Below are positions 18,684 through 28,827 of a DNA stretch of 64,000 nucleotides, piece by piece. Location: IMG/VR virus record IMGVR_UViG_3300021425_000005. One strand, given 5' to 3'. The stretch's first letter is position 1. Every line of letters starts with the position of its first letter. The DNA comes from a virus. The notes under the pieces were generated by a model that worked only from the letters and a program-made list of their open reading frames with translations, did no database searches and was not told the DNA's origin. Position numbers and translations under genes: made by a program.

Positions 18684-19748
18684 CTACTCATCGTCACCAT
18701 ATGCCTCGGCGATATCGTCTTCAGATACTTCGTCTTGCATAATGCTTCCGCTTGAAATCAAATATCTTTTACTTATCCAATCAGAAAAAGATTCATCACT
18801 CAAGATAGGTAGCCAGAAATCTTTTGAATGAGTTTCTTTTGTTCGATATTTTTTACTATCGACTCCATCTTTTGCAACCTGATACCAACCATTGCTTGGC
18901 TTTACCACATGACCTGACTCAAGTGCCATATCGAGAAGACCAGACCATTTACTGATACCACCCTCAAATGAAACTTCTACTGGAATTTTAGACTTCTCAC
19001 GAACATAACGAGATTTCTCGACATTAATAATGAAGTTGTAACCAGTAATATCTGAACCAGTTTTTTCTTGCTGACGACCAATAATATAAATGTTGTCAGC
19101 CGAATAGTAAATGCCTGTTCCGCCAGAGACGATTGCTTTCGGGAACATACCAATTTCCATATAAGTGTGGTTTACAACGATACAAGGAATATCTTTGATG
19201 GTCAAATGAGGAGTAATCATACGGAATAACGACTTCATTTGTTTAGCGCGAGTCATATCAGCAACTGATTTACCATCAAGTGCATCCTCAACTTCTTTCT
19301 TAGAAGCCAAGTTACCCACCGAGTCAACGACTACGATAACGTGATCACCACGCTCAATGTTATTAAGCTGAGACATCACATCATGCTTTAGCTGCTCAAT
19401 GTCAGTGATAGGAGTATGCATAATACGGCTTGTGTCAATACCGAAACTGTCGAAGTAACCTTGTGGCGCACCAAACTCTGAGTCATAGAACAACACAACA
19501 GCATCTTCATACTTGTCGAGATATGCTTTGATCATTAACATAGCAAATGCTGTCTTGAAGTGCTTACTTGGACCAGCAAATACTGTCAATCCAGGAGTAA
19601 GACCACCATCAAGGCGACCGCTCAATGCCACATTCAATGCGGGAACTGATGTTTGAATAAGATCCTTCGTGCTGAAGAACTTAGATTCAGATAAAATATT
19701 TGAATCCTTGATAGTAGAATTCTTTTGTAGCTTGTCAAGTAAACTCAT
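18684..19748 (-). CDS. uvsX: RecA-like recombinase UvsX
   Basis: AGPSKHFKT, FYDSEFG, DSVGNLASKKE, SGGTG. Confidence 0.97.
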   Translation of the reverse strand: MSLLDKLQKNSTIKDSNILSESKFFSTKDLIQTSVPALNVALSGRLDGGLTPGLTVFAGPSKHFKTAFAMLMIKAYLDKYEDAVVLFYDSEFGAPQGYFDSFGIDTSRIMHTPITDIEQLKHDVMSQLNNIERGDHVIVVVDSVGNLASKKEVEDALDGKSVADMTRAKQMKSLFRMITPHLTIKDIPCIVVNHTYMEIGMFPKAIVSGGTGIYYSADNIYIIGRQQEKTGSDITGYNFIINVEKSRYVREKSKIPVEVSFEGGISKWSGLLDMALESGHVVKPSNGWYQVAKDGVDSKKYRTKETHSKDFWLPILSDESFSDWISKRYLISSGSIMQDEVSEDDIAEAYGDDE

Positions 19749-20116
19749 TATTCGTGCACTCCATAAACAATTTTTTTCAAGTCAGGTTTAAAATATGTAT
19801 CAGGTTTCATGACCTTACCAAATTTGTTCTTAATAACTTTGCCGTCTACACATTTACTCATATTTGACGCTCTGACCTCGCGCCATACATCTTCAAAAGG
19901 AATGCCAATTGTATTGGCCAATCCCATAATGACCCAAACCATATCAGCCAACCCATCGGCGACTTCAACAAGGTCTTGGTTGGCATATGCTTCTTTTGTT
20001 TCTTCCCATTCTTCGCGAATGAGTTCCATATAAAGATACGCTTGTCCTGAATCTAGACCCTGATTAGAAGGCTGATCACAAGCGTCCATAAATCTTTTAA
20101 CATCAATTTGATACAT
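19748..20116 (-). CDS. MazG-like/PRA-PH NTP pyrophosphohydrolase
   Basis: EEWEE..EVADGLAD..EVRASNMSK..GKVMKP; start coupled TAATG to the gp43 stop. Confidence 0.85.
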   Translation of the reverse strand: MYQIDVKRFMDACDQPSNQGLDSGQAYLYMELIREEWEETKEAYANQDLVEVADGLADMVWVIMGLANTIGIPFEDVWREVRASNMSKCVDGKVIKNKFGKVMKPDTYFKPDLKKIVYGVHE

Positions 20117-22632
20117 TACGAAAATAAATCCTCTAGTGTGGCAACTGGTTTTGTTTTCCAACCAATGCTCGTTGCAATTGTATTTAGCGGTTCAATAAAT
20201 GCCTTCTCAAACATTAATTCATAGTCGATATATTTGTGAAGGTCAAATTCTTTTGGAATCTTAGAGGAAAATGCAATTACATTCTCACCAAGAGTGTTTG
20301 GTTCTTTCAAGTAAACGAACTTAATCTTATCACCTTCATTGATTATAGGATATTTCATTTCAAGTTTAGCTTTCTTCAGTTCGTTATTATACAAAAGTGC
20401 ACCACGAACCTGAATCGGCGTTCCCTTTTGATAGATGTCAGCTGTTGAAGAATACTTAATTAAATTGTTACAACCGCGAGGGAAGGCAATTTCTTCAGCT
20501 GGTCTTGATTGGAAATCTTGCCAGTTGTTTTCAACAAACTTTTGCAATGCTGCCTCGTCTTGTGTGAGGCATAGCTTCACCGCTTCTCGAAGACTTTCTC
20601 GGACAGGTGCTGGAGTCGATGAACGAACAATCTCAAGACCCATAACCTTCAGCTTTGGTTCGGAATATCGAACACCCTCATTATCATAAACATTCAAAGC
20701 ATACCGCTTCTTGGCGACCCATATTCCTTTATCAGCGATTGCCTCTCGTTTGAAGAAGATCTTTTCTTCATAGGCATTTGTGTATTCAGCCAGCTTTGTC
20801 ATGGCTTTAGCAATCGCTGGTTCAATCTTTTCTTCAGCAATCTTGTCAAGAACATCAACAATCTTTTCTTTACTTAACCCACTATAAAACTTTTTGACCA
20901 ATTTGTCAAGGGTAATATAGCAAGAATCTGTATCTGAATAGAAAGAATAAACTTCACCTTCAGTGCCACAGACTTCGTTAAGATATTCATCAAGTGCCTT
21001 GGCAGTCTCACGGATGATAAACTGACCAGATAATGTAATACCCTCAGCAATCTTATCATCATAATATCGGAAATACTGATTAGCGAGCGCACCATAAAGA
21101 CTGTTCAACTGAATCTTACGAGCCATCTGGAAGTTATTGTATTTGGCAATTTTACTTTTTAGGGATGGGTCTTTTGTCTTCTCAAACTCTCGCTCAGTTT
21201 CTTTCATCAGCTTCTTGTATTTTTGGCGATCATCAAAGAATGTCTGAGTAATCTCAGCGAACACACCTTGCTTATCTCGTGAAAACTTAGCACCATTAGC
21301 AGACATCGCGTGATCAGTATCGATATTTGTTTCTCGATTCAGGAGATGATCGACTGTAGTATCGATCTGTGCCTCATCAACCAAAGTCTCGGGTGACATA
21401 TTGTATTGCATAATAATAGAAGGATACAAAGATGTCGCATCGAAACTCAGAACCCAATCATATTCACCGATCTCAGGTTGCTGAACATATGCACCCTCAA
21501 TAGTTCTATCCTCGTTTACACGCTTCTGTGGAATCATAATATTCTTTTTAAGAAGATGATTATACAGAAGACAATCCCATGTCCGAACAGAAGAATAAAT
21601 GTCAGTGAGATTACACTTGGCATCATAAGCCATAGTTGCAATCAACTCGATAAGTTTCATCTTGTCTTCAAGTTCATCGACAAGTTGAGTATCGATGATG
21701 TTGTAGTCAATAAACCGATTCCAATCTTTCTCATAGAACTCGCGGAATGTGTCGTAGTTATTTTCAAGTTTTTTGTGACCGAGTTCTACTTCAGCGATGT
21801 AATCAAGTTTATATGATTCACGAACAGTATAAGTGAACTTTTTATACAGGTCGAGATAATCGAGTTGAGCAACACCTTTAATATCATAAAGGGTGTGTTC
21901 TTTACCCATAATAGTAACAGACTTCCGACGAGTCATGTCGAATGGGCTGAATCCATTTCTCACCTTGTTTTCTTTTAGTTCATCTTGTTTACCAAACTTT
22001 CTGGCAAACCGAGACAAGAGATAAGGAATATCAAAAAACTCGATGTTCCAGCCAGTTACAATATCAGGAGTATTTTGAACCCACCAGTTACCAAACTTAC
22101 CAAGAAGTTCTATCTCATCAGAACAAGGCTCATATGTAACATTAAGATTTTTTATCTCATCTGATACTGGCGTCCACTCACCAACACCCCATGTCAAAAC
22201 CTCTTTGGTGTTATTGTTCATCACTGTGATGAGGATAATTTCTTCAAGGGGATTTTCTGGATCTGGGAATCCAAATTCAGTCGTTGTCTCAATATCAAGA
22301 GACCAAATACCCATTTGAGACATATCAAATGGAACCTCATCAGGATATTTCTGAGAAAGATATTGATATGTAAAATCAGTCTGACCGTAGATCGGATAGT
22401 TCCCAATACCCTCATATGTCTTCAGAAATTCTTTACATTCAGAAGCGTTTGGAAACTCAATAGGTTTTAAGTTTTCACCATACAAACCTTTGATGTCCGA
22501 TTCCTCTTTGGAACGAACATAAAGTTTAGGTTTAAAGGAAGGGTCTCGTTCCGTGAAGGGCTTGCCATCACGATAACCTCTGGTCAATACGTTTTTACCA
22601 TATTGCCAGCAATAAGTATAGAATTCAGCCAT
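20116..22632 (-). CDS. gp43: Family B DNA polymerase gp43
   Basis: DIET exo I, GWNIEFFD, FDATSLYPSII, KIQLNSLYG, YSDTDS, KKRY; start re-set to MAEFY (22632). Confidence 0.98.
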   Translation of the reverse strand: MAEFYTYCWQYGKNVLTRGYRDGKPFTERDPSFKPKLYVRSKEESDIKGLYGENLKPIEFPNASECKEFLKTYEGIGNYPIYGQTDFTYQYLSQKYPDEVPFDMSQMGIWSLDIETTTEFGFPDPENPLEEIILITVMNNNTKEVLTWGVGEWTPVSDEIKNLNVTYEPCSDEIELLGKFGNWWVQNTPDIVTGWNIEFFDIPYLLSRFARKFGKQDELKENKVRNGFSPFDMTRRKSVTIMGKEHTLYDIKGVAQLDYLDLYKKFTYTVRESYKLDYIAEVELGHKKLENNYDTFREFYEKDWNRFIDYNIIDTQLVDELEDKMKLIELIATMAYDAKCNLTDIYSSVRTWDCLLYNHLLKKNIMIPQKRVNEDRTIEGAYVQQPEIGEYDWVLSFDATSLYPSIIMQYNMSPETLVDEAQIDTTVDHLLNRETNIDTDHAMSANGAKFSRDKQGVFAEITQTFFDDRQKYKKLMKETEREFEKTKDPSLKSKIAKYNNFQMARKIQLNSLYGALANQYFRYYDDKIAEGITLSGQFIIRETAKALDEYLNEVCGTEGEVYSFYSDTDSCYITLDKLVKKFYSGLSKEKIVDVLDKIAEEKIEPAIAKAMTKLAEYTNAYEEKIFFKREAIADKGIWVAKKRYALNVYDNEGVRYSEPKLKVMGLEIVRSSTPAPVRESLREAVKLCLTQDEAALQKFVENNWQDFQSRPAEEIAFPRGCNNLIKYSSTADIYQKGTPIQVRGALLYNNELKKAKLEMKYPIINEGDKIKFVYLKEPNTLGENVIAFSSKIPKEFDLHKYIDYELMFEKAFIEPLNTIATSIGWKTKPVATLEDLFS

Positions 22633-22667
22633 GTTCTCAGTATGCCTCAAATGGGCAAAAATGTCAA
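22633..22667 (-). promoter_or_regulatory. Sigma70-type promoter, leaderless geometry
   Basis: TTGACA-17 nt-CATACT-6 nt-ATG. Confidence 0.7.
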
Positions 22668-22670
22668 GTA

Positions 22671-23309
22671 TTAATCTTTGGTTTTCCAAAAATATTCATC
22701 AGTATCACCGAGTCGATAATCATAACCGTTCTCAACTTGATACTCAACAGTCGACACTTTGAAGTCTGGCATCTTAGGCTCTTGTGGCGTCAAAGAGTTA
22801 TCGTAAACACGCATACGGTTGTTAGGGTATGCGGCATATTGTCCATTCTCTAATTCGAGAACATTAAAAGACTTGTGTTCATCTGGCGTCTCGGCAGTGC
22901 TATAATCAATCGTATCGACCTGAGCATGATAGTTATCCAGAGTGAAGCAATAAGTCCCTTTGAGGATTTGATGGCTTCGAGTGAAGACCTCGTAGTCCAT
23001 ACTGCCGATAAATTGCTTACAAACAGCAGTCACACCATAGTCCATTGCGTTCCAAAACTGTAAGTCTTGAAGAGGTAAATCTGGATCTGGTGTCTTTGGT
23101 TCAGAAACAAATGCCGAGATGGGCAACTTATCATAAAGTGCACCATACTCAGGCAAAAATGTTTCGAAGTAGAAAGCACGTCCAGGAATAGACTTACATG
23201 CCACCCAATGACCTTCTACAAACTCACCATGACCTGACTGGTGATCCATCAAATATTCTTTACGAACATAGACCTTCTGGCTTGGTAGGTTGCAAATGAG
23301 TGTTGACAT
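22671..23309 (-). CDS. Conserved T4-like hypothetical protein
   Basis: CNLP..KVYVRKEYL..GHGEF..KSIPGRAFYFET..YDKLPISAF; recalled in marine myoviruses. Confidence 0.85.
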   Translation of the reverse strand: MSTLICNLPSQKVYVRKEYLMDHQSGHGEFVEGHWVACKSIPGRAFYFETFLPEYGALYDKLPISAFVSEPKTPDPDLPLQDLQFWNAMDYGVTAVCKQFIGSMDYEVFTRSHQILKGTYCFTLDNYHAQVDTIDYSTAETPDEHKSFNVLELENGQYAAYPNNRMRVYDNSLTPQEPKMPDFKVSTVEYQVENGYDYRLGDTDEYFWKTKD

Positions 23310-23620
23310 TATACTTTCAACTTAGGTTTTTCAGGGACAATAACCCCAGAACCATAGTGAGTGTTATATTCATTTTTTAGATTATCAGTCGGTTGCATGA
23401 TAGCAATGACATGAGTCGGCATAATATTCAAAGAATTATTTTCAGCATAAGGTGCATATGGAGCAAGACCGATACCAAACTTTTCTGGTTGACCTTCGAT
23501 CGGCTGCATAATAATGACAGCTGGTTTATCCATTTTGATTACTTGGCGACCTTCGACTTCAAAGTCAGATACAACACCGATTAGTTCTTCACCTGAAGAA
23601 AGTTTTAGAATTTGAATCAT
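23309..23620 (-). CDS. Small Sm-like-fold hypothetical protein
   Basis: LKLSSGEELIG...Y...GSG pattern; start re-set after AGGA SD. Confidence 0.75.
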   Translation of the reverse strand: MIQILKLSSGEELIGVVSDFEVEGRQVIKMDKPAVIIMQPIEGQPEKFGIGLAPYAPYAENNSLNIMPTHVIAIMQPTDNLKNEYNTHYGSGVIVPEKPKLKV

Positions 23621-23632
23621 AATATATCCTAT

Positions 23633-23670
23633 AAGTTGGGGGAGCAACCACTGCTCCCCCTTATTTATTA
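23633..23670 (-). repeat. ATAAATA + GGGGGAG/CTCCCCC hairpin + AACTT element (copy 1)
   Basis: Same architecture as 62366-62401. Confidence 0.65.
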
Positions 23671-24135
23671 GTCTTGCAAGAACTGCTTTTCGTCAATGCC
23701 AATTTTAATTTCTTTTGGCTTGCGTTCTTCTGGGACTATATGTTCAAGAAAGATCTTTAGAATGCCTCTCATGAACGCCGCACCTGTCACTTGAACATCT
23801 TGATTAAGGGCGAAAGTCTTTGTGAAGTTACGAGCACCGATTCCTTTGTGAACAAAGTTACGGTCATCAGCTTCAGATTGAACACCTTGAACAACAAGTT
23901 TATTTCCTTCTGGAACTTGTGTGATTGATAGTTCCTCTTCGTTGAATCCAGCTGCAGCAAATTCAATAGTATATTTGCCTTCGCCATCTTCGACAATGTT
24001 GTAAGGTGGATAATTGTTTGAAAGTTCAGCTACTGTGTTTAGATTATCGAACACTCGATCAAAACCAATAGTGAATGGGGAAATTGAGTTTGCGATCTCA
24101 TGAAGATCACGTGCGTTAAATTTACGAACAACCAT
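23668..24135 (-). CDS. hsp20: Small heat-shock protein Hsp20 (IbpA-like)
   Basis: NYPPYNI, AAGF, HKGIGARNF, GILKIFL..IVPEERKP. Confidence 0.95.
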   Translation of the reverse strand: MVVRKFNARDLHEIANSISPFTIGFDRVFDNLNTVAELSNNYPPYNIVEDGEGKYTIEFAAAGFNEEELSITQVPEGNKLVVQGVQSEADDRNFVHKGIGARNFTKTFALNQDVQVTGAAFMRGILKIFLEHIVPEERKPKEIKIGIDEKQFLQD

Positions 24136-24141
24136 GTTCAT

Positions 24142-24189
24142 CTCCTTATAAAGCGAGTTTAATTTAGTCGACCCTTAAAGGCATCGACT
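24142..24189 (-). promoter_or_regulatory. ROSE-like RNA thermometer in the hsp20 5'UTR
   Basis: Upstream hairpin AGTCGA...TCGACT, then CTCGCT-TTATA-AGGAG pairing the SD with a bulged G; promoter TTGACT-17-TATATA at 24195-24223. Confidence 0.6.
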
Positions 24190-24223
24190 CTCTATATATA
24201 AGGACTATGTGCTAAAAAGTCAA

Positions 24224-24637
24224 CTATTTTTTACCAATATTATATTTGGTAATTAATTCCCATTCGCCTTTTTCTTTGTAAGGCAGAACTTTAATTTGAC
24301 TCAGCGGTGCTTGATTTTCATGTAACTCAGGACTGATGATGTCCATCAATCCCCAATCTGATAGCAGTTTCGCGATAGTATTGCGGCGTTCGAGATCTCC
24401 TTCACCGAAATCTGCATCCTTGCCATCAAGCGCAAATAATTCTTTAAAGTGTGTGATGAAATAGCGACCCTTCTTGTGCAGGATGTGACAAGACTGGTAT
24501 AAAACTTTTTCTTTCCTAGAAGCAACACCGATACGAGAGAGGGTCTCGCGGATTTTCAAGAAGTCATCGTCCTTCTTGAGTTTGATTTCTAACGGCGCAT
24601 AACTAGGGTAATCAATGTCGAAGAAATCTTCACTCAT
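24224..24637 (-). CDS. regA: Translational repressor RegA
   Basis: DDFLKIRETLSRIGVAS, LYQSCHILHK, HFKELFALDG, RRNTIA. Confidence 0.97.
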   Translation of the reverse strand: MSEDFFDIDYPSYAPLEIKLKKDDDFLKIRETLSRIGVASRKEKVLYQSCHILHKKGRYFITHFKELFALDGKDADFGEGDLERRNTIAKLLSDWGLMDIISPELHENQAPLSQIKVLPYKEKGEWELITKYNIGKK

Positions 24638-24661
24638 TATAGAACCTTATTATTGTTTTTT

Positions 24662-24673
24662 TATTTATAAATA
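24662..24673. promoter_or_regulatory. Bidirectional late promoter (palindrome TATTTATAAATA)
   Basis: TATAAATA on both strands between divergent regA and the + strand gene. Confidence 0.7.
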
Positions 24674-24678
24674 TCAGT

Positions 24679-25374
24679 ATGGCTAGATCGACCGACTACT
24701 TTCACCCAGTGAAAAATCTACTTAGTATTGATGAGACACAGCACATAGTAAATACTTGGAATGATAAAAACCTTGTGCAGTTTTGGTGTAACTTCATGGC
24801 AAGAGCGTTTAGGGATGGTATAGATACTGGCGATAGTTCATATTTAAATTACCTGAAAAACTTTGGTATTGATATGAAGGATGATCAACTTATTGAGGCG
24901 TGGAAAGCATATAATGGAGAGACAGAAACTTCCCCGTTTGTTTTTTACAATACAATGAATTCGCCTGAAGTATTCGAAGCGATTGGGAATGATTTAATAG
25001 AAAAAATAATTGAACGATATGGTGCTGATGAAGTTTGTTTTATATATGGGAGAGACGTATCACAACCATATCACATACACAAAGATCCAGATTATGTGAG
25101 GTCTTGTAATATCAACATACCGTTATTCCCCAATTATGATCAATATAGATCGACTTATTTCTACAAGAGCAAAGAAAAGTCATCGAAGGTGTATGAAGTT
25201 GATTATAATAAAATACAAACACCAGTCTTATTGAATAATAAAAAATGGCATAATTGTGGTGGCAGTCCAAACTATAAAGGAAATAGTTTGGCTTTGCAGT
25301 TAGGTTATTATAGAAGATATCCAGAAGTTCGCGCGGAACTTAGTCAGAAAGGATTACTTTCCACCCCTGTCTAA
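24679..25374 (+). CDS. 2OG-Fe(II) oxygenase-like protein (only convincing + strand gene)
   Basis: HIHKD...SCNINIPL...PVLLN..KWH (HxD...H); has its own late promoter. Confidence 0.65.
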   Translation: MARSTDYFHPVKNLLSIDETQHIVNTWNDKNLVQFWCNFMARAFRDGIDTGDSSYLNYLKNFGIDMKDDQLIEAWKAYNGETETSPFVFYNTMNSPEVFEAIGNDLIEKIIERYGADEVCFIYGRDVSQPYHIHKDPDYVRSCNINIPLFPNYDQYRSTYFYKSKEKSSKVYEVDYNKIQTPVLLNNKKWHNCGGSPNYKGNSLALQLGYYRRYPEVRAELSQKGLLSTPV

Positions 25375-25797
25375 TTTTTTCTTGATAATTTCAATCTGAT
25401 CAGGAGTCAAGATACGGAGAGCCGAAGCTGCCTTTGTGTTATTATATCCGTAATACTCTTTGACCAGTTCTAATTGTTCTTCTTTCTCAGCCTTCAACCA
25501 TTTATTGAACCGCTTCTTGGGTCGCACAATACCGCGAAGGAAATCAAACTGTGCCTTCTTATCAATATGTGGGCGACTGTTCATTTCATTAGCAGCGATA
25601 ACTGTATCAGCACCATAGCTGAGTGCTTTGTTGACGATGAATGCATTATATTGTTTTTCTGACCAGTCATCGACAATTAAATTTTCTTTTGTATAGTTGA
25701 TGCTATTAGCGAAGTCAAATGGACTGATCGCTTTCTTCTTAACTTTAAATTGTTCCTCGTCAACCTTTACAACGGGATCGCCCATTCCCTCAAGCAT
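25354..25797 (-). CDS. gp62: Clamp loader small subunit gp62
   Basis: SPFDFANSIN, YNAFIVNKALS, NEMN, KRFNKW, VKEYYGY; start re-set to MLEGMG. Confidence 0.93.
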   Translation of the reverse strand: MLEGMGDPVVKVDEEQFKVKKKAISPFDFANSINYTKENLIVDDWSEKQYNAFIVNKALSYGADTVIAANEMNSRPHIDKKAQFDFLRGIVRPKKRFNKWLKAEKEEQLELVKEYYGYNNTKAASALRILTPDQIEIIKKKLDRGGK

Positions 25798-26593
25798 TAT
25801 TGTCACCATAATACAAAGCAATTCTATGCATTTCTCTTTCCTTGATATTCTCAAATGCCTCACGTTGATGTAATGTTAGCCACTGATCAGAAATGACAAC
25901 ATCACCATCGACCCAATCGTGATGATACATATGATATGGATCTAGTGCATGCTCAACGATAATTTCGTGCAATTCTTCAAATTTATCTTCATGTGTTGGT
26001 GAATGAGATATTTGTAGGAATGGGTAATACAATCCTTTTTGACCCTCAGAGTTTTCGCGGACAACATCAAACGCTGTCTCTGAAACTACATCATTGAAGA
26101 AAGATTTTTCAGAACCACCATTAACTTCAGCGACATGCTTAGTGTGGATCTTCATTGTTTCAAGTTCGGTTTGTATCTCTGCTGGCAGGGATTCATATAC
26201 CTTTACCATATTAATCCAGCTAGTCCTTGACCCCATCGAACCCTTGTTCGCATAAATCCAAACAATCGAATGTCGGTCAGGTTTTGTGACAGAATTAGCA
26301 TGCCACTCAAGCGTCTCTGGTTTGTGAAATAATCCTGGACGACCATCGTGACCAATCGCACCCGTGACACGAGTTACACCATCGGCAATCGATAGACTGC
26401 CCATGCGTTCTCGTTTCCAGTCATTATCCCAATGTGATTCGACTTCACCAATCATCTTACAGAATGTTAATTGTTCTTCTGGTGTAATATGTTGGTTTCT
26501 TATAACAACGATTAAATGTTCAGCAAGTGCCTCTGATACAATATCAGCTGTGTCTTGTGTTGGATTTTTTAGATCAACCCCTAAATTCAACAT
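25790..26593 (-). CDS. TauD/TfdA-family dioxygenase-like (H-x-N variant)
   Basis: LIVVIRNQ, WHAN, TSWIN..VYESLP, YHHDWVDGDVVISDQWLTLHQR, REMHR. Confidence 0.85.
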   Translation of the reverse strand: MLNLGVDLKNPTQDTADIVSEALAEHLIVVIRNQHITPEEQLTFCKMIGEVESHWDNDWKRERMGSLSIADGVTRVTGAIGHDGRPGLFHKPETLEWHANSVTKPDRHSIVWIYANKGSMGSRTSWINMVKVYESLPAEIQTELETMKIHTKHVAEVNGGSEKSFFNDVVSETAFDVVRENSEGQKGLYYPFLQISHSPTHEDKFEELHEIIVEHALDPYHMYHHDWVDGDVVISDQWLTLHQREAFENIKEREMHRIALYYGDNNA

Positions 26594-27515
26594 TAGCCAT
26601 AATCTCAGTCAAACATGCAGTCAGATTAATTTCTTGGTCGGCGACGAATGCCGCCTTATATTGATAGTCTGCGATCAAAAGAACCAGTTGAGGAACTTGC
26701 GCCACTTTGTCTAAAAGGGTGTCATAGATTTTACGATACACACCTTGTGGGTCTGCATCAACATTATTGGCGACCCACTGACGCATCTTCTTCCAGTCTT
26801 TATCACGCAGACTATCAATAAGTGCTTTGGTATTTACTTCAGCAAGGTTAGAGAGAATCCCCTCGTCGATCTTACCAGAAACACTGTAGCGTTGCAGTTC
26901 ATTGAGGACACGGCGATAGTCAGGGAAGTGTTTCATCAAAAGTTCAGCAAGGACTTTTTCAGAATACTCAACACTCTCCCCATCTAGGATATTTGACATT
27001 CGCTTCATAAAGCGAGCCGCCATCTGTTGCCGTTCAGCCTTACCGAGTTTGAAATCAATCACAGTAGTTCGGCTGTGTAGTGGTTCAATAATCCTATTAC
27101 GGAAGTTACAGGTAAAGATGAACCGACAGTTCGAGGAGAACTCCTCAATGAATGCACGCAAGGCAGGTTGTGTCGAGTTAGGATTCAAATAATCTGCTTC
27201 GTCAAGGATAACTACTTTTGGCTTGCCCTCAAAGGACACAGTGCTGGCGAAGTCTTTAATCTTTGTCCGAAGAACATCGATACCAGACTCCTCAGAGCCG
27301 TTGATAATAATATAGTCACACCCTAATTCATTACACAACGCACGAGCGACCGTCGTCTTTCCCGTGCCAGCAGTGCCACAAAGAAGCAAGTTAGAAATCT
27401 CTCCACGATCCACGAACTGTTGGAATGTATCCAAGAGAGAGGAGGGTAAGATACACTCACTCAGTTTTTGTGGGCGGTATTTTTCAACCCAGAGAAATTC
27501 ATCTTGCTTATTCAT
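26574..27515 (-). CDS. gp44: Clamp loader large subunit gp44
   Basis: WVEKYRP, GTAGTGKTT, LDEAD, PLHSR. Confidence 0.97.
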   Translation of the reverse strand: MNKQDEFLWVEKYRPQKLSECILPSSLLDTFQQFVDRGEISNLLLCGTAGTGKTTVARALCNELGCDYIIINGSEESGIDVLRTKIKDFASTVSFEGKPKVVILDEADYLNPNSTQPALRAFIEEFSSNCRFIFTCNFRNRIIEPLHSRTTVIDFKLGKAERQQMAARFMKRMSNILDGESVEYSEKVLAELLMKHFPDYRRVLNELQRYSVSGKIDEGILSNLAEVNTKALIDSLRDKDWKKMRQWVANNVDADPQGVYRKIYDTLLDKVAQVPQLVLLIADYQYKAAFVADQEINLTACLTEIMANVEFRG

Positions 27516-27523
27516 AGTCACTC

Positions 27524-28129
27524 CTAACCAATTTTATCTTCAGAACCAACGCCATCAGAAAGTTCAAGCGTTAAGTCTTCACCACCTGTATCATACTCTT
27601 CACCCTTCAAAAAGGCAAGAATATTCTGCGGCGATGATACACCATAAGGGTCATCATCAGCATTGTTGCGGAAACCACGCTCAATGAATGAATTGACAAT
27701 CTCATAGTTTTCTACGACAATAGCGTATCGCCATGACCTGATACCAAAACCAAGATTGTCTTTAGCAACATCCATACCCATAGCTGATGTGAACAGATTT
27801 GATCCATCAGGAATAACCTGCACATGATTCAAACCTTGGTCTTTTGCCCAGCAATTCATTACGAAGGCATCGTTTACTGAAATACAAAAGATGTTTTCAA
27901 CACCCAGTTCTTGAAACTCTGGAAAAAGTTTCTCAAAGTCTGGTAGTTGATATGTAGAGCAAGTTGGTGTAAATGCTCCAGGAAGTGAAAAGATAATGTT
28001 CTTTCCACGCCCAACGATTTCGTGTGTTGTTTTTTGTTCCCAGCGATATGGATTATCGCCCCCAATGCTTTCATCGCGCACACGAAGCTGATGAACAACA
28101 TTAGGAATACGGCGTGGCCATGGTGGCAT
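27524..28129 (-). CDS. Peroxiredoxin (Prx5/redoxin type)
   Basis: LPGAFTPTCS, SVNDAFVM, PDG, RSWRY. Confidence 0.92.
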   Translation of the reverse strand: MPPWPRRIPNVVHQLRVRDESIGGDNPYRWEQKTTHEIVGRGKNIIFSLPGAFTPTCSTYQLPDFEKLFPEFQELGVENIFCISVNDAFVMNCWAKDQGLNHVQVIPDGSNLFTSAMGMDVAKDNLGFGIRSWRYAIVVENYEIVNSFIERGFRNNADDDPYGVSSPQNILAFLKGEEYDTGGEDLTLELSDGVGSEDKIG

Positions 28130-28139
28130 GATGCCCTCC

Positions 28140-28796
28140 TTAGATTGTTGAGTTAGGTTCGAGAGCCAACCAGTATTTCAGTTCGGCGGCTTTATTGTCA
28201 AGGAACATAAACTTCTTCTGTGACAGAACGACACGATAGTCGCCAGCAATTACTTTGAAGTTCTCAACAGCGAGGCGACAATCAAACTCTTTGTCAGTCT
28301 CACCGATTACTTGACGGAAAGTATTGCTACGAGGGGTTGACGGATCGCCAACAGACAGAGTTACTTTACCATCGCGACCAACGACACTCAATACAGGTGC
28401 ATTGATAACAGATGCAGCACGTGTAATATTCACGATCTCATCTTTGGTCAACTCAAACTCATAGAAGTTGTCAACCTCGATAGTGCGGTCAGGAGCAGCC
28501 ACGATAATTGATGGATCGGCATAGAAGTATTCAAACTCTGCACCACCGCTATTAATCTTCAGGCTCTCGTCACCCAAGTCGAGGTCAGGATTTTCGGTAA
28601 AGGTAAGCAGACCCAACAAACTGTTCAAGTCATAGATCGCAAATTCTTTATCGAAAGTTTCTCCCACAGTTGCGCGAGAGAAAATATTCTTACCATTACT
28701 AATAGTGGCAAGGGTGCTACCTTCACGAACTAGGATGTTCGTGTTGATAGTTGCGAAGTTCTTTAGAACCTCAAGGGTTGGTTTTGAAATATTCAT
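28140..28796 (-). CDS. gp45: Sliding clamp gp45
   Basis: LKNFATIN, FAIYDLNSLL, YFYADPS, YWLALE. Confidence 0.95.
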   Translation of the reverse strand: MNISKPTLEVLKNFATINTNILVREGSTLATISNGKNIFSRATVGETFDKEFAIYDLNSLLGLLTFTENPDLDLGDESLKINSGGAEFEYFYADPSIIVAAPDRTIEVDNFYEFELTKDEIVNITRAASVINAPVLSVVGRDGKVTLSVGDPSTPRSNTFRQVIGETDKEFDCRLAVENFKVIAGDYRVVLSQKKFMFLDNKAAELKYWLALEPNSTI

Positions 28797-28827
28797 AATA
28801 TAGTCCTCTTTCTTTCACCAATAATCA

